Positions 1 to 10,154 of a stretch of DNA of 64,000 bases are shown piece after piece (positions within the stretch are counted from its first letter, which is position 1; each line of letters starts with the position of its first letter). The stretch comes from a candidate division FCPU426 bacterium. GTDB lineage: Bacteria > Oederibacteriota > Muellerivitia > Muellerivitales > Muellerivitaceae. The notes below the pieces were generated by a model. The model saw nothing but the letters and a program-made list of their open reading frames with translations. It had not been told where the DNA came from and searched no databases. The position numbers were made by a program, and so were the translations under genes. The stretch is from contig CAWCKJ010000008.1 of NCBI GenBank assembly GCA_963796105.1, positions 64,001 to 128,000 of the forward strand, given 5' to 3'.

Positions 1-1
1 C

Positions 2-868
2 CTTCCCACTTGGGTGAGCTTTCTCTGGATGGGACCCCGCCAGGCTTGGTGGGGTTGGCTTTGGAACCAATTCTCCTCGATTCAGGCTTTTTCCTCGGAA
101 GTGGGAGAGAGGTTGGGCCTGGGTTTGGCGGTTTTATTGGCATGGATGGTCTTGACGGTTTGGGCCGCTAGGAAGCTTTTTAGGTTACTCTCCGAGATGA
201 AGAAAGAACCCATTGGTTTTTCAGAAACACTAAAATCTGACAGAATTTTATTTATTCTCGGACTCTTGGCCTTGCTGACATCCACTCTTTTTTGCTTGAT
301 TGGGTTGGATTATGGGGGCGGGCATTCCCCCTGGTGGTTCGTGTTCAAATGCGTGCCTGGAGCTGGCAGTATCCGAGGGGTTTCCCGCTACATCGTCTTT
401 ATCGTCCTTCCCGTCTCGGGGTTCCTGGCGTGGGCATGGCAAACCGCCTTGCGCAAGGCCTGGGAGTCGCGGAAAAACTGGATGAAATATTCCGCGTCGG
501 CTGCGCTCATTCTCTGGGCGGGAGTCGCGGTTTACGAACAAGTGGACATGCCCCCCGCCCCCGCCATGGTCAAATCGCTGGAGTTGAACCGGCTGGAATA
601 CCTCAGCGAGAAACTGCCGGCGGCCTGCAAACTCTTCTATGTCACGGTAGCGCCTGGAATTCCCTATAATGCCACGGACATTCAAGTGGACGCCATGCTC
701 ATCTCCGCCGCCAGGGGCATCAAAACCTTCAATGGATACAGCGGGAACAGCCCCGAGAATTGGTGGCTGTACCGGGTGAGAAGCCCCCATTACGGCCAGT
801 ACGTGAAAAACTGGATCAGCTTCCATAAAATCCAGGAACCGGCATGGGATCTGTTGATTGATCATTGA
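2..868 (+). CDS. 5'-truncated membrane protein (possibly YfhO-like/GT-C type); frame is open from the window edge
   Basis: Frame 2 is open from position 2; several hydrophobic helices, 'IRGVSRYIVF' and C-terminal 'TFNGYSGNSPENW'. Family assignment tentative. Confidence 0.55.
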   Translation, partial: LPTWVSFLWMGPRQAWWGWLWNQFSSIQAFSSEVGERLGLGLAVLLAWMVLTVWAARKLFRLLSEMKKEPIGFSETLKSDRILFILGLLALLTSTLFCLIGLDYGGGHSPWWFVFKCVPGAGSIRGVSRYIVFIVLPVSGFLAWAWQTALRKAWESRKNWMKYSASAALILWAGVAVYEQVDMPPAPAMVKSLELNRLEYLSEKLPAACKLFYVTVAPGIPYNATDIQVDAMLISAARGIKTFNGYSGNSPENWWLYRVRSPHYGQYVKNWISFHKIQEPAWDLLIDH

Positions 869-951
869 TAGTTGATGGCGGATCGTAAATGGGTGGGGTG
901 AATGCCGGACTTTTTTCCGGAAATGGAAATTAGAAACTAGCGAGGGATATC

Positions 952-2040
952 ATGGAGCAAGTGAAACCGAAATTATCCATCTCCTTGCGGGCGCTCACCA
1001 TGGTGGGGGCACTGCTCTTGATCTGGATTCTCTTTTCCATCACGACCAACGGGACCTTCCTTCACCCCCGCAACTTGTCGCTGCTGATGCGGCAAATGTC
1101 GGTCACTTCCATCCTCTCGGTGGCCATGGTGTTGGTGATTGTGGCGGGCCAGATCGACCTTTCAGTCGGCGCCATGTCCGGTTTCCTGGGCGCGGTTTCT
1201 GCCCTGCTTTTCGTCACTCACGGCTGGCCCCTCTGGGTTTCCCTCCTGACAACCCTCCTGTTAGGGGCGTTATTCGGCCATATCCAGGGCAGGCTGGTCA
1301 CCTGGTTCAACATACCCCCCTTCATCGTCACGCTCGGGGGAATGCTGGTTTTCCAAGGGTCGTTGTTGGGCGCCACGGGCGGGGTGGCCATCAGTCCCAC
1401 CCCTGACTATCTTTTGATCGGCCAGGCTTACCTTCCCACAACCGCAGGCTGGGTGCTGGCTTCCTTGCTGGTCCTGTTCCTGGTTTTCAAGTCCCTAAGG
1501 GCCAAATCCCGGTGGAAATACCTGGGCCTGGCGGTCCTCGCCCTGGGTTTTACCTGGACCATGAATTCCTACCAGGGCATCCCCATTCCGGTATTGCTCA
1601 TGCTGGTGCTCGCCGCGGTTTTTTCAACCATCGGACAGCAGACCCCCTTCGGGCGCCATCTCTACGCCATCGGGGGAAACAGGGAAGCGGCTTTTTATTC
1701 AGGCATTAATATAGAACGCCATTTGGTGGTGGTTTTCACGCTCATGGGCCTGATGGCGGGAGTGGCGGGGATAGTCTTGACCGCCAGGGTTGGGGCCGCC
1801 ACATCCGACGCGGGACGGATGATGGAGCTGGACGCCATCGCCGCGGCGGTCATCGGCGGGACTTCGCTGATGGGAGGGCGTGGCTCCGTCTGGGGCGCGC
1901 TCTTGGGAGCGCTTGTCATGGCGTCGCTGGACAACGGAATGAGCCTCATGAATACCGAGGCCTTCTGGCAGCCCATCATCAAGGGCGGCATCCTCATCGC
2001 GGCGGTGGCTTTGGACATGATGGGACGGAAGGGGAAGTGA
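952..2040 (+). CDS. Sugar ABC transporter permease (XylH/RbsC family)
   Basis: Motifs GQIDLSVG, IPPFIVTLG, GRHLYAIGGNREAA, ELDAIAAAVIGGTSLMGG. Confidence 0.9.
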   Translation: MEQVKPKLSISLRALTMVGALLLIWILFSITTNGTFLHPRNLSLLMRQMSVTSILSVAMVLVIVAGQIDLSVGAMSGFLGAVSALLFVTHGWPLWVSLLTTLLLGALFGHIQGRLVTWFNIPPFIVTLGGMLVFQGSLLGATGGVAISPTPDYLLIGQAYLPTTAGWVLASLLVLFLVFKSLRAKSRWKYLGLAVLALGFTWTMNSYQGIPIPVLLMLVLAAVFSTIGQQTPFGRHLYAIGGNREAAFYSGINIERHLVVVFTLMGLMAGVAGIVLTARVGAATSDAGRMMELDAIAAAVIGGTSLMGGRGSVWGALLGALVMASLDNGMSLMNTEAFWQPIIKGGILIAAVALDMMGRKGK

Positions 2041-2101
2041 TGGCCCCGGGAAGTCCCTCATTTTCCTTGCGGCCAAGCCTTTCCTGCCTTAATTTACAAG
2101 C

Positions 2102-2797
2102 ATGATGATCCAGGCCTTCCATCTCACGAAAATCCATCCCTCGGGCGTCAAAGTCCTGGACGACGCTTTTTTCTCGGCCCCCGAGGGATCTTTCACCATC
2201 TTGGAGGGGGAAGGCCGGGCGGGGAAGAGCACTTTCCTGAAGATGCTGGGCGGGGAGGAAAAACCCACTTCCGGTGTTCTCCGGGTAAACCAACTGGATC
2301 TCTATGACCTTTCTGAGGACGAAAAAAGAAAATGGCTTTCCGAGGTGGGGATGATCCTCCCGGACCTCAAATTATTCCCCGAAAAAACCGTTGGGGAAAA
2401 CATGCTTTTCATCCTCAAGGTGAAGGGCGTCCACGCCAAAGGTCAGGAGGAATCTATCCGCAAACTTCTCGAGAACGCTGGGTTGGGCTCCAAACTGGGT
2501 GCGAAACCATCTGATCTTTCCTCCGGCGAACAGAGGATGGTATTGGCGCTCAGGGCCATGATTTTCCGCCCGCGATTATTGCTGGCTGATGACCCCTTCC
2601 AAGGCCTGTCCGGCAATGCGGCCTCGGTACTCCTCAAGTTTTTCCTCGAGCTGAACAAGACCGGGACCACCGTAGTCCTCTCCGCCCAAAAAACAGATCC
2701 CTTGGAAGAGGCGCGTCCCGGCGGGGGAAAAGCCCCCTTCCAATGGCTGAGCCTCCGGGAAGGAAAGTTTTATCCCCTGCAGGAGCAGACCCCATGA
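2102..2797 (+). CDS. ftsE: Cell division ABC ATPase FtsE (degenerate catalytic motifs)
   Basis: Walker A GEGRAGKST, signature-like LSSGEQR; TGA overlaps the ftsX ATG (ATGA); ftsE-ftsX-envC-ctpA order. Confidence 0.8.
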   Translation: MMIQAFHLTKIHPSGVKVLDDAFFSAPEGSFTILEGEGRAGKSTFLKMLGGEEKPTSGVLRVNQLDLYDLSEDEKRKWLSEVGMILPDLKLFPEKTVGENMLFILKVKGVHAKGQEESIRKLLENAGLGSKLGAKPSDLSSGEQRMVLALRAMIFRPRLLLADDPFQGLSGNAASVLLKFFLELNKTGTTVVLSAQKTDPLEEARPGGGKAPFQWLSLREGKFYPLQEQTP

Positions 2798-3693
2798 ACA
2801 ATCTCGGCCGCATGGTCTTTGTTGCCCGTGAGGGAATCTCCCGTTTGGTCCGGGCCAGGGGCCTATCCACCGCCGTCATCGTGACGGTGGCGGCCACCCT
2901 CCTTCAATTGTCTGTGTTCCTCGTTATTTCAAAAATACTCGATAACGCCCTCGCCTCGGTGCGCCAAAAGTTCGAGATGGCGGTATTCCTTTCGCCCGCC
3001 GCGGGCGATTCGGACCGCAAGCGCATCCTGGACCTCCTCTCCAAGGATTCCCGCGTGGCCTCGGTCAAGGTGGTGACGAAAGAGGAGGCCCTGCGGGACT
3101 TCCGCAAGGATCCCGAGATCGACCAAATGGTGAAGGCGCTGGGCGAGAACCCCCTTCCCGATTCCCTGAGCGTGGTCTTGAGGGAACAGGCCACCGAAAG
3201 ACTCGATGACCTCGTGGAACAGCTCCGGAAGGACCCCCAGATCGAGCAGGTGGATTACGGGAAAAACGAGTGGGAGACCGTCTCCAGCCTCAGCCGTACC
3301 GTGAAGTGGATTGGGCTTTTCCTGGGGGGATTCGTGTTCCTGACGGCGCTTTTCATCATCGCCAACGCCCTCACGCTTTCCCTATGGGTGAGGAGGGAGG
3401 AATTCCTGCTGTTGGCGCGAATGGGAGCCCCCGGATGGATGCGTTGGGGACCCAATCTCCTGGAGGGAACCCTCCAGGGGATTCTCGGCGCGGTTTTGGC
3501 GGTGGTGGTCCTGGAGGCGGCGCGCCTAGGCATCCAGTGGTTCCTCGCCTCGGAGAGTTCCGCCTCGTTTTTCAGGATGCCCGACGTGGATTGGTCTGGC
3601 CTTTACCTGACGCTGGCCATCCTGGGGGCTGTCCTAGGCGCGGCAGGCGCGTTATGGGCACTGCAAAAAAAATGGGTGAAGGAAATCCTGTGA
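2794..3693 (+). CDS. ftsX: Cell division permease FtsX
   Basis: ATG at 2794 in ATGA overlap; 'VVTKEEAL', 'GENPLPDS', 'RREEFLLLARMGA...EG'. Confidence 0.88.
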   Translation: MNNLGRMVFVAREGISRLVRARGLSTAVIVTVAATLLQLSVFLVISKILDNALASVRQKFEMAVFLSPAAGDSDRKRILDLLSKDSRVASVKVVTKEEALRDFRKDPEIDQMVKALGENPLPDSLSVVLREQATERLDDLVEQLRKDPQIEQVDYGKNEWETVSSLSRTVKWIGLFLGGFVFLTALFIIANALTLSLWVRREEFLLLARMGAPGWMRWGPNLLEGTLQGILGAVLAVVVLEAARLGIQWFLASESSASFFRMPDVDWSGLYLTLAILGAVLGAAGALWALQKKWVKEIL

Positions 3694-3756
3694 TAATCCC
3701 CAAAGCCGCTCATTTCTATTTATCCCCATGCGCAGGATGAGGGGGGTTTTCACGCG

Positions 3757-5019
3757 GTGAAAATTTCTACCCAACGGTATCACAGGAATGTCACCAGGCT
3801 TTTCCTCGCAGCAATTCTTTCCCTGACCGCCCTGGCTTACGCCCAGACCGTCCCGGAAACCCAGCCCGCTCCCGCCACGCCCCAGGCCAGCATCGGGCAA
3901 ATCAAGAAAAAAATCATCCTGAACAAAAAGGGCATCGCCGCCATCCAGAAGAAATTGAAGGAGGAAAAGAAAAAACAACAGCAGGTGAAGGTCAAGGAAC
4001 GAAGCGTCCTTTTGCAATTGCAAAAGGTGGACCAGGACCTGGCTAGGCTCCGGCGGCTGAAGGAAACCAACCAACAGTACCTGGGGGAGACCCGGGGCCA
4101 GATCAGCCGTCTTCAGACGAATATCAGCCAAAACCAATATGAGCTCGGCGTAAGCCGGAACCTCTTGAAGGAGAGGCTCAACGCCCTTTACCGAATGTCG
4201 TTTCATTCCCCCTACCTGGGCGGTTTGCTCAGCTCGGAAAGTTTCGGGGACCTGGCGCGAAAGCTGAAATTCGAGCTGCTCCTGGCCGAATCCAATGAAA
4301 AGCTGCTGGGCCAGACCCTGGGGCACGAGCAGGGGCTGGAAAGGGACTCGGAGGAATGGGAGCAGGAGGAAGGCCGGCGGAAAAAAATCATGGGAGCCTT
4401 GGTCAGGCAGGAAAAAAATTACTCCACAAAAAAAAGGAACCGGACCCAATTCCTGTCCTCCATCCAGAAACAAAAGGCCCTTCATGAGCAGGCCATCCGG
4501 GAATTGAGCGAGAGGTCCAAGGGACTGCAGGAGAAAGTCTCCTTGTTCCTCAAGGAGGCGAAAGAAGCCAGGAAACCCGTTGTTTTCACCCAGCCCGCGG
4601 GTGGGTTTACCGTCCACCGGGGCAGGATTCCCTGGCCCGTGGACGGGAGGATCCCGCCGGAGTACCGCTTCGGAAAAGTCAAGAATACCGAGTTCAAGCA
4701 GGTGGTGGACAATACGGGAGTCCAGATCATGGCGCCCATGGGCTCGCCCTTTCGGGCCGTGGCGGCGGGGTTGGTGCGCTACGCGGACTGGTTTAAAGGT
4801 TATGGAAAACTAGTGATTTTGGACCATGGCGGAGGGTATTATTCTCTTTACGGCCAGGCCTCGGAATTAAGCGTTTCGGAGGGCCAGGCGGTGGCGGCGG
4901 GCGAGGTCCTCGGCGCGGTCGGGGACACGGGTTCCCTGGTGGGAAGCAGCCTTTATTTTGAGATAAGGAAGGATGGAATCCCCCTGAACCCTGAACGATG
5001 GCTCAAACGCCACTTGTAA
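3757..5019 (+). CDS. envC: EnvC-like murein hydrolase activator (coiled coil + M23 domain)
   Basis: Signal peptide, long coiled coil, 'PWPVDG', 'GYGKLVILDHG', 'LYFEIR'; M23 Zn ligands degenerate as expected for EnvC. Confidence 0.85.
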   Translation: MKISTQRYHRNVTRLFLAAILSLTALAYAQTVPETQPAPATPQASIGQIKKKIILNKKGIAAIQKKLKEEKKKQQQVKVKERSVLLQLQKVDQDLARLRRLKETNQQYLGETRGQISRLQTNISQNQYELGVSRNLLKERLNALYRMSFHSPYLGGLLSSESFGDLARKLKFELLLAESNEKLLGQTLGHEQGLERDSEEWEQEEGRRKKIMGALVRQEKNYSTKKRNRTQFLSSIQKQKALHEQAIRELSERSKGLQEKVSLFLKEAKEARKPVVFTQPAGGFTVHRGRIPWPVDGRIPPEYRFGKVKNTEFKQVVDNTGVQIMAPMGSPFRAVAAGLVRYADWFKGYGKLVILDHGGGYYSLYGQASELSVSEGQAVAAGEVLGAVGDTGSLVGSSLYFEIRKDGIPLNPERWLKRHL

Positions 5020-5036
5020 TGGGCCGCGTTGGTCTT

Positions 5037-5180
5037 TAAATTTGAAACCTCTGAACAACTATTAAAAGGCGACCAACAGAGGTTTCGACCCCAAAGATTT
5101 CAGAAGGAAATCGTGGGGTTTCCATAAATGTTTTACTGAAAAAGGAGGTGATAGCCGACTTTTTCAGAGGTTAAAATTTA
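5037..5180. repeat. Inverted-repeat element, family A copy 1 (MITE/REP-like)
   Basis: Arms TAAATTTGAAACCTCTGAA (5037) / TTCAGAGGTTAAAATTTA (ends 5180); internal hairpin GACCCCAAAGATTTC..GAAATCGTGGGGTTTCCA shared with 16709-16845. Confidence 0.75.
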
Positions 5181-5313
5181 GCGGTCACCCAGCCTCCCTG
5201 GGAGGAGGCTGTTTCATTTCCAGATCAGCTCGCCTTACCGGAAAAAATGGTTTTTCTAGTCTCAGGCAGCCTTGAGAGACTCAGGGCGCCTTAATTTTTA
5301 ATAGGAGGATTTC

Positions 5314-6870
5314 ATGAATCGCCGCCCATCCCTTTTAACCGTCGCCTTTCTCCTGCTCGCCCTGGCGGCGGTGAGTTTCACCGCAGGAGCCGTCACCCAG
5401 TTCTCAAACAATCCCAAGGAAAGCTCCGAGAAGGTTTACCAGTACCTCCAGCCCTTCACGGAAGCCCTGGAAATCATCCGCGAGAAATACGTGGACCAGA
5501 ACAAGACCATCCCAAAGGACCTCATTTACGGGGCCTTGCAGGGAATGGTGAACACCCTGGACCCCTTCAGCGAGTTCATGCCGCCTGACGCCTACAAGGA
5601 CATGCAGACCGAGACCTCCGGGAAGTTCGGGGGTTTGGGCATTGAGATCGCCATCAAGGACGAGCGCCTGACCGTCATTTCCCCGATCGAGGGGACCCCG
5701 GCCGACCGCGCCGGCATCAAGGCGGGGGACAAGATTATGAAGATCGACGGGGACAAGACCGACCTCATGAGCATCAATGACGCCGTCAAACGCCTCCGGG
5801 GCAAGATTGGAACCAAGGTGACCGTCAGCATCGGGCGCGAGGGCCTCAATGAGGCCTTTGACGTCACGCTGGTGCGGGAAGCCATCAAAATCGAGAGCAT
5901 CCACTCCTACGTCTTGTCGGGGGGGATCGGCTATGTCCGGATCAGCGAGTTCATCGACAACACCACCGAGGATTTCGTGAACGCCGTGAACGACTTGAAA
6001 AAGAAGGAGCCCCTGAAGGGCCTGATCGTGGATTTGCGCAACGACCCGGGGGGACTGCTCAACGAGGCCGTAGGCGTCGCGGACTACTTCGGCCAGGAGG
6101 GCGTGACCATCGTTTCCACCAAGGGCCGCAGCGAGAACCAGGACCAGGTCTTTACCGCCAGGGCCGGGGACAAGTTCGAGACCAAGAAACCCGTCGTGGT
6201 CATGGTGAACGAGGGAAGCGCCTCGGGAGCCGAGATCGTCGCGGGAGCCCTGAAGGATTGGAAAAGGGCTGTCTTGATAGGTTCCAAAACCTTCGGGAAA
6301 GGGTCGGTTCAAACTATCCTGCCCCTGGACAACAGCGACGGGGCGGCCTTGAGGCTGACCATGGCCAAGTACTATACCCCTTCGGGAGTCTGTATCCATG
6401 GGATCGGAATCGAGCCGGACTTGAACCTGAAGGACCACGATATTTCGGAGTCCGCCATCAAGGCCTACAGCAAGCAAATGCCGGAAAAGTACGCCAAGGA
6501 GCTCGTGAAAAAGGGGACCGACGTCACGGCCGAGACCGAAGTGACGCCTGAGATGATGGACGGCTTCTACGATTACTGCCTGGCGAACGTGAAAAAAATC
6601 GACAAGGACGAGTTGATCAAGGACGGGGATTACCTCAAAAACAGCCTGTTGGTGGAATTAATCCGGGAGAAACTGGGAGAGAAAGACGCCAGGGAATTGG
6701 CGGTCGTCCGCGACCCGCAGGTTCTCGTGGCTAAAAGCATCATCAATGACGGCGGGAAAATCAGCCCTGAGTTGTTCGCTAAATACCCGAAGAAAAAGGA
6801 CTCGACCGAGGCCGGAGAGAGGAAGCTCGAGGAAGAGCGGCTGAAAAAGAAGAAGGATACCGAGGAGTAA
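5314..6870 (+). CDS. ctpA: S41 carboxy-terminal processing protease with PDZ domain
   Basis: GKFGGLG PDZ entry, DLRNDPGG, catalytic SASGAEI and GKGSVQ; SD AGGAGG upstream. Confidence 0.93.
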   Translation: MNRRPSLLTVAFLLLALAAVSFTAGAVTQFSNNPKESSEKVYQYLQPFTEALEIIREKYVDQNKTIPKDLIYGALQGMVNTLDPFSEFMPPDAYKDMQTETSGKFGGLGIEIAIKDERLTVISPIEGTPADRAGIKAGDKIMKIDGDKTDLMSINDAVKRLRGKIGTKVTVSIGREGLNEAFDVTLVREAIKIESIHSYVLSGGIGYVRISEFIDNTTEDFVNAVNDLKKKEPLKGLIVDLRNDPGGLLNEAVGVADYFGQEGVTIVSTKGRSENQDQVFTARAGDKFETKKPVVVMVNEGSASGAEIVAGALKDWKRAVLIGSKTFGKGSVQTILPLDNSDGAALRLTMAKYYTPSGVCIHGIGIEPDLNLKDHDISESAIKAYSKQMPEKYAKELVKKGTDVTAETEVTPEMMDGFYDYCLANVKKIDKDELIKDGDYLKNSLLVELIREKLGEKDARELAVVRDPQVLVAKSIINDGGKISPELFAKYPKKKDSTEAGERKLEEERLKKKKDTEE

Positions 6871-6891
6871 AGGCGCCGGAAAGGATTCTGC

Positions 6892-8055
6892 GTGGACCAG
6901 CAGGGAAGGACATGGGGTTTCCTGAGGACTCTGCTGGTCATTGTGCTCTTGGGGGCCGCCGCCGCCGCGGTGGTCCGATGGTACCTTTCCCCGAAACAGC
7001 GGGCGGTCCCGCCCCCTCCGATACCCACCCCCGTGGCTGGTTTTTCGGGCGACCCGGCTGAGGCCACCGAGAAACTCCGTAAAGCCTTGGATGACCGCCT
7101 CAGGGAAATGGGAATTTTGAAGCTCCTGGACAAGGAAGTCGATTCGATCCCAACCACCGTCCAAGGGAAAGTGATTAACACCTACAGGGAACGATTCCGC
7201 CTGCCGAGCCGTTACAGCCCCGACGAATTGACCTCCCTTTTGGAAGAAACAGCCAAGTCCCTGGGGGCTGGCCTAGTCGGCAAGACCTCCGGCTCCACTT
7301 CTGACAATACCGGTACCCTATACTCCGACACCTTCGCCTATAACGACCAATGGAGCCCCCTGAGAATCGAGTTCGTCGGAACCCATAAGCCCCGCGTTTG
7401 CGTCGTGATTGACGACGGGGGATACCAGAAAGGGGAAGCCCTTAGGCACCTCTACGGTTTCAAGGTGCCTGTGACTTTGGCTTTGATCCCCAGCACCGAG
7501 TTCTCCAAGGAATTGGCCGGGGACGCCCCCTCCCACGGGGTGGAAGTCATCTGCCACATGCCCATGGAGGGACTTGAGAAATTCCCGGCGGGGGCTTACC
7601 CGGAGCTTCTCAAAAGGGGATTGGACGAACCGGAAGTGGAGAAAAGAATCAACCGCGCCCTAGAGGTTCTTCCCGGCTGTGAGGGGATGAACAACCACAT
7701 GGGAAGCCTGGCCACGGCCGATGGGGGACTGATGTCCGAGGTCTGCGGGGTATTGAAAAGCCGGAAGTTATTCGTGCTGGATTCCCGAACGACGGTGGAA
7801 ACCCAGTTGGAGGGGGAAGCGGCCAAGATCCACCTCGCGCGGACCCGCAGGGATGTTTTCCTGGATAACGTCGAGACTCCGGAAGCCATTGAGAAGCAGA
7901 TGAGCAAGCTGGTAGCCCTTGCCAAGAAGCACGGGTCGGCTGTGGGTATCGGGCATTTCAAGTTGAAAAGCCTGAGGGTGCTTGAGGAAGCGGTCCATGA
8001 ATGGAGTGAAAAGGGCGTCCAATTCGTGTATCTTTCCGAGGTTGTGAAGGAATAA
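6892..8055 (+). CDS. Divergent polysaccharide deacetylase family protein (YibQ-like)
   Basis: VVIDDGG, HMPME, GMNNHMGS, LDSRT, RDVFLDN, AVGIGH motifs; N-terminal membrane anchor. Confidence 0.9.
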   Translation: MDQQGRTWGFLRTLLVIVLLGAAAAAVVRWYLSPKQRAVPPPPIPTPVAGFSGDPAEATEKLRKALDDRLREMGILKLLDKEVDSIPTTVQGKVINTYRERFRLPSRYSPDELTSLLEETAKSLGAGLVGKTSGSTSDNTGTLYSDTFAYNDQWSPLRIEFVGTHKPRVCVVIDDGGYQKGEALRHLYGFKVPVTLALIPSTEFSKELAGDAPSHGVEVICHMPMEGLEKFPAGAYPELLKRGLDEPEVEKRINRALEVLPGCEGMNNHMGSLATADGGLMSEVCGVLKSRKLFVLDSRTTVETQLEGEAAKIHLARTRRDVFLDNVETPEAIEKQMSKLVALAKKHGSAVGIGHFKLKSLRVLEEAVHEWSEKGVQFVYLSEVVKE

Positions 8056-8151
8056 GAAGTTTCTAGTAGCCGTCAAAATTAAACGAAATACAGGAACAAA
8101 GATAAATAAAATCAGATTTTTTTAAAAAGCCGTTAAGCAAAACCCAATCTT

Positions 8152-8381
8152 TTGCCACGGATTCAGGGGATGCAGGGGATACACACAAATTAACAAAACT
8201 AATGATGAACGATGATAAATAGTTTTACGATCGGGTTATATGGTTTATGCTGACGGCCGATGGAAAAATTAATTTTTCCACGGTCCACAGGCAGGACCAT
8301 ATCGCCCGTAGGACGTAAATGAAAAGCTTTTGTCACGAATTAGTCTTGTTATATCCCATGAATCCCATGCATCCGTGGCTA
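8152..8381. repeat. Inverted-repeat element, family B copy 1
   Basis: Arms TTGCCACGGATTCAGGGGATGCAGGGGATA (8152-8181) / TATCCCATGAATCCCATGCATCCGTGGCTA (8352-8381), 25/30 complementary, 9-nt periodicity; internal perfect palindrome TGGAAAAATTAATTTTTCCA at 8261-8280. Confidence 0.85.
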
Positions 8382-8425
8382 ATTATTCGTTTGAACATAG
8401 TTTGAAATTTAAGGATTTTTGAAAA

Positions 8426-9454
8426 ATGTCAAAAGACCTGGTATTGGGTATCGAGTCCTCCTGCGATGAGACTTCGGTCGCGGTTGTGGAGGACGCTTAC
8501 CGGGTCCTGTCCAACGAGACGGCCACCCAGATGGACCTCCATGAAAAGTACGGCGGGGTGGTGCCGGAAGTCGCGTCGCGAAGGCACCTGGAGAGCCTGC
8601 CTTTCCTTGTGAAGACGGCCCTGGAACGCGCCCAGGCGCGCTATGAGGATCTTTCCGGAATCGCGGTGACTTCCGCCCCCGGCCTCATTGGGGCCCTTTT
8701 GGTGGGATTCTCCGCCGCAAAGGGTCTGGCCTTGCGTTTGGGAATTCCATTCATTCCAGTTCACCATGTGGAGGCCCACCTTTATGCCGTCCGGTTGGAT
8801 TCCGATCCGATCGAATTCCCGGCGTTGGGGTTGGTCGTCTCAGGCGGCCATACTGAAATCTATCAAATCGAAAGTTGGGGAAATTATCAGCGGCTTGCCG
8901 CTACCAGGGATGACGCGGCGGGCGAGGCCTTTGACAAGGTAGCGAAGCTTTTGGGTTTGGCCTATCCCGGCGGACCCGCTTTGGAGAAACTGGCCAAGAA
9001 TTCGCCCCAGACTCCCGGCCTGTTTTCCTTGTCCAAAATGAAGGATGGGAGCCAGGATTTTTCCTTCAGCGGGGTGAAGACCGCCGTGGCTTTGGATATC
9101 CGGAAAAACCCCCCGAAAAACGACCAGGAAAAAGCAGCCCTCGCTTCCAAGTTCCAAAACACCGTCCTGGCGGAAATCCAGTTGAGGGTCCGCAGGGCAT
9201 TGGTCAGCCTCAGGCCCAAGAGCTTTCTTATGGGCGGGGGGGTGGCCTGCAACCAGGGTCTCAGGGATGTCTTGAAAAAGGAGGCCGAATCGGTCAAGGC
9301 TGTTTTCAGGGTTCCTCCCCTGAAATTCTGCTCGGATAACGCCGCCATGGTCGCGGGACTGGGGGCCTACCGGCTTTCCGAGGGCAAGTTCGCGGCATTA
9401 TCGGCCAACGCCTCAGCCTCTCCTTCCTGCGCATCCCCCTTCTTGTTACAATAA
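8426..9454 (+). CDS. tsaD: tRNA N6-threonylcarbamoyltransferase TsaD
   Basis: LGIESSCDETS, GGVVPEVASRRH, HHVEAH, VSGGHT, DDAAGEAFDK, DNAAMVA. Confidence 0.97.
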   Translation: MSKDLVLGIESSCDETSVAVVEDAYRVLSNETATQMDLHEKYGGVVPEVASRRHLESLPFLVKTALERAQARYEDLSGIAVTSAPGLIGALLVGFSAAKGLALRLGIPFIPVHHVEAHLYAVRLDSDPIEFPALGLVVSGGHTEIYQIESWGNYQRLAATRDDAAGEAFDKVAKLLGLAYPGGPALEKLAKNSPQTPGLFSLSKMKDGSQDFSFSGVKTAVALDIRKNPPKNDQEKAALASKFQNTVLAEIQLRVRRALVSLRPKSFLMGGGVACNQGLRDVLKKEAESVKAVFRVPPLKFCSDNAAMVAGLGAYRLSEGKFAALSANASASPSCASPFLLQ

Positions 9455-9458
9455 ATCC

Positions 9459-10139
9459 ATGGCGGATATCCCTTTCACCGATCATTTAGGCACGGTCCTG
9501 CTGCGTTTGGGGCTGGCGGTTCTTTTCTCGGGAATCATCGGCTGGGACCGGGAGCGTCTGCGCAAACCAGCCGGTCTTCGGACCCATGTGCTCGTCGGGG
9601 TCGGTTCGGCACTAATTATGATGGTCTCTGTTTCCATGGTGGACCTCTTCCCGGGGCTTCAAAGGGTGGATCCGGGGCGGATCGCGGCCCAAGTGGTCAC
9701 GGGCATCGGTTTTCTGGGCGCGGGGACCATCCTCCACTTGAAGGAGGGCGTCGTTTCAGGGCTCACCACTGCCGCCACCCTTTGGGTGGTGTCCGGAATC
9801 GGCCTGGCGGTGGGGTGCGGTTTCTACTCCGGCGCGGTCGCGACTACCCTGCTGGTCATGCTGGCCCTATTCCTCATGAACCGGCTGGATGATTACATCG
9901 AGAGCCGCTTGTACCACAACCTCACCATCCACGCGAAGACCAGCAGCCACCTTACCGAGGACGCAAAGCAGATCATGAGGGACAATGGCGTCAAGATCCA
10001 GCGCACTGAGGTCCACTCGCCGAACCCCTCCGAGAAATTCATCGTGATCCATTTCAAACCCATTCCAGTGGCTTCCGGGCAAGGTCTTGGCCGGAGGATC
10101 GAGAGGCTTCCGGGCGTCAAGGAAGTTTCGTTTAATTAA
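9459..10139 (+). CDS. MgtC/SapB family membrane protein
   Basis: RERLRKPAGLRTH, DPGRIAAQVVTGIGFLGAG, GLTTAATLW. Confidence 0.93.
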   Translation: MADIPFTDHLGTVLLRLGLAVLFSGIIGWDRERLRKPAGLRTHVLVGVGSALIMMVSVSMVDLFPGLQRVDPGRIAAQVVTGIGFLGAGTILHLKEGVVSGLTTAATLWVVSGIGLAVGCGFYSGAVATTLLVMLALFLMNRLDDYIESRLYHNLTIHAKTSSHLTEDAKQIMRDNGVKIQRTEVHSPNPSEKFIVIHFKPIPVASGQGLGRRIERLPGVKEVSFN

Positions 10140-10154
10140 AAACCATATAACATA

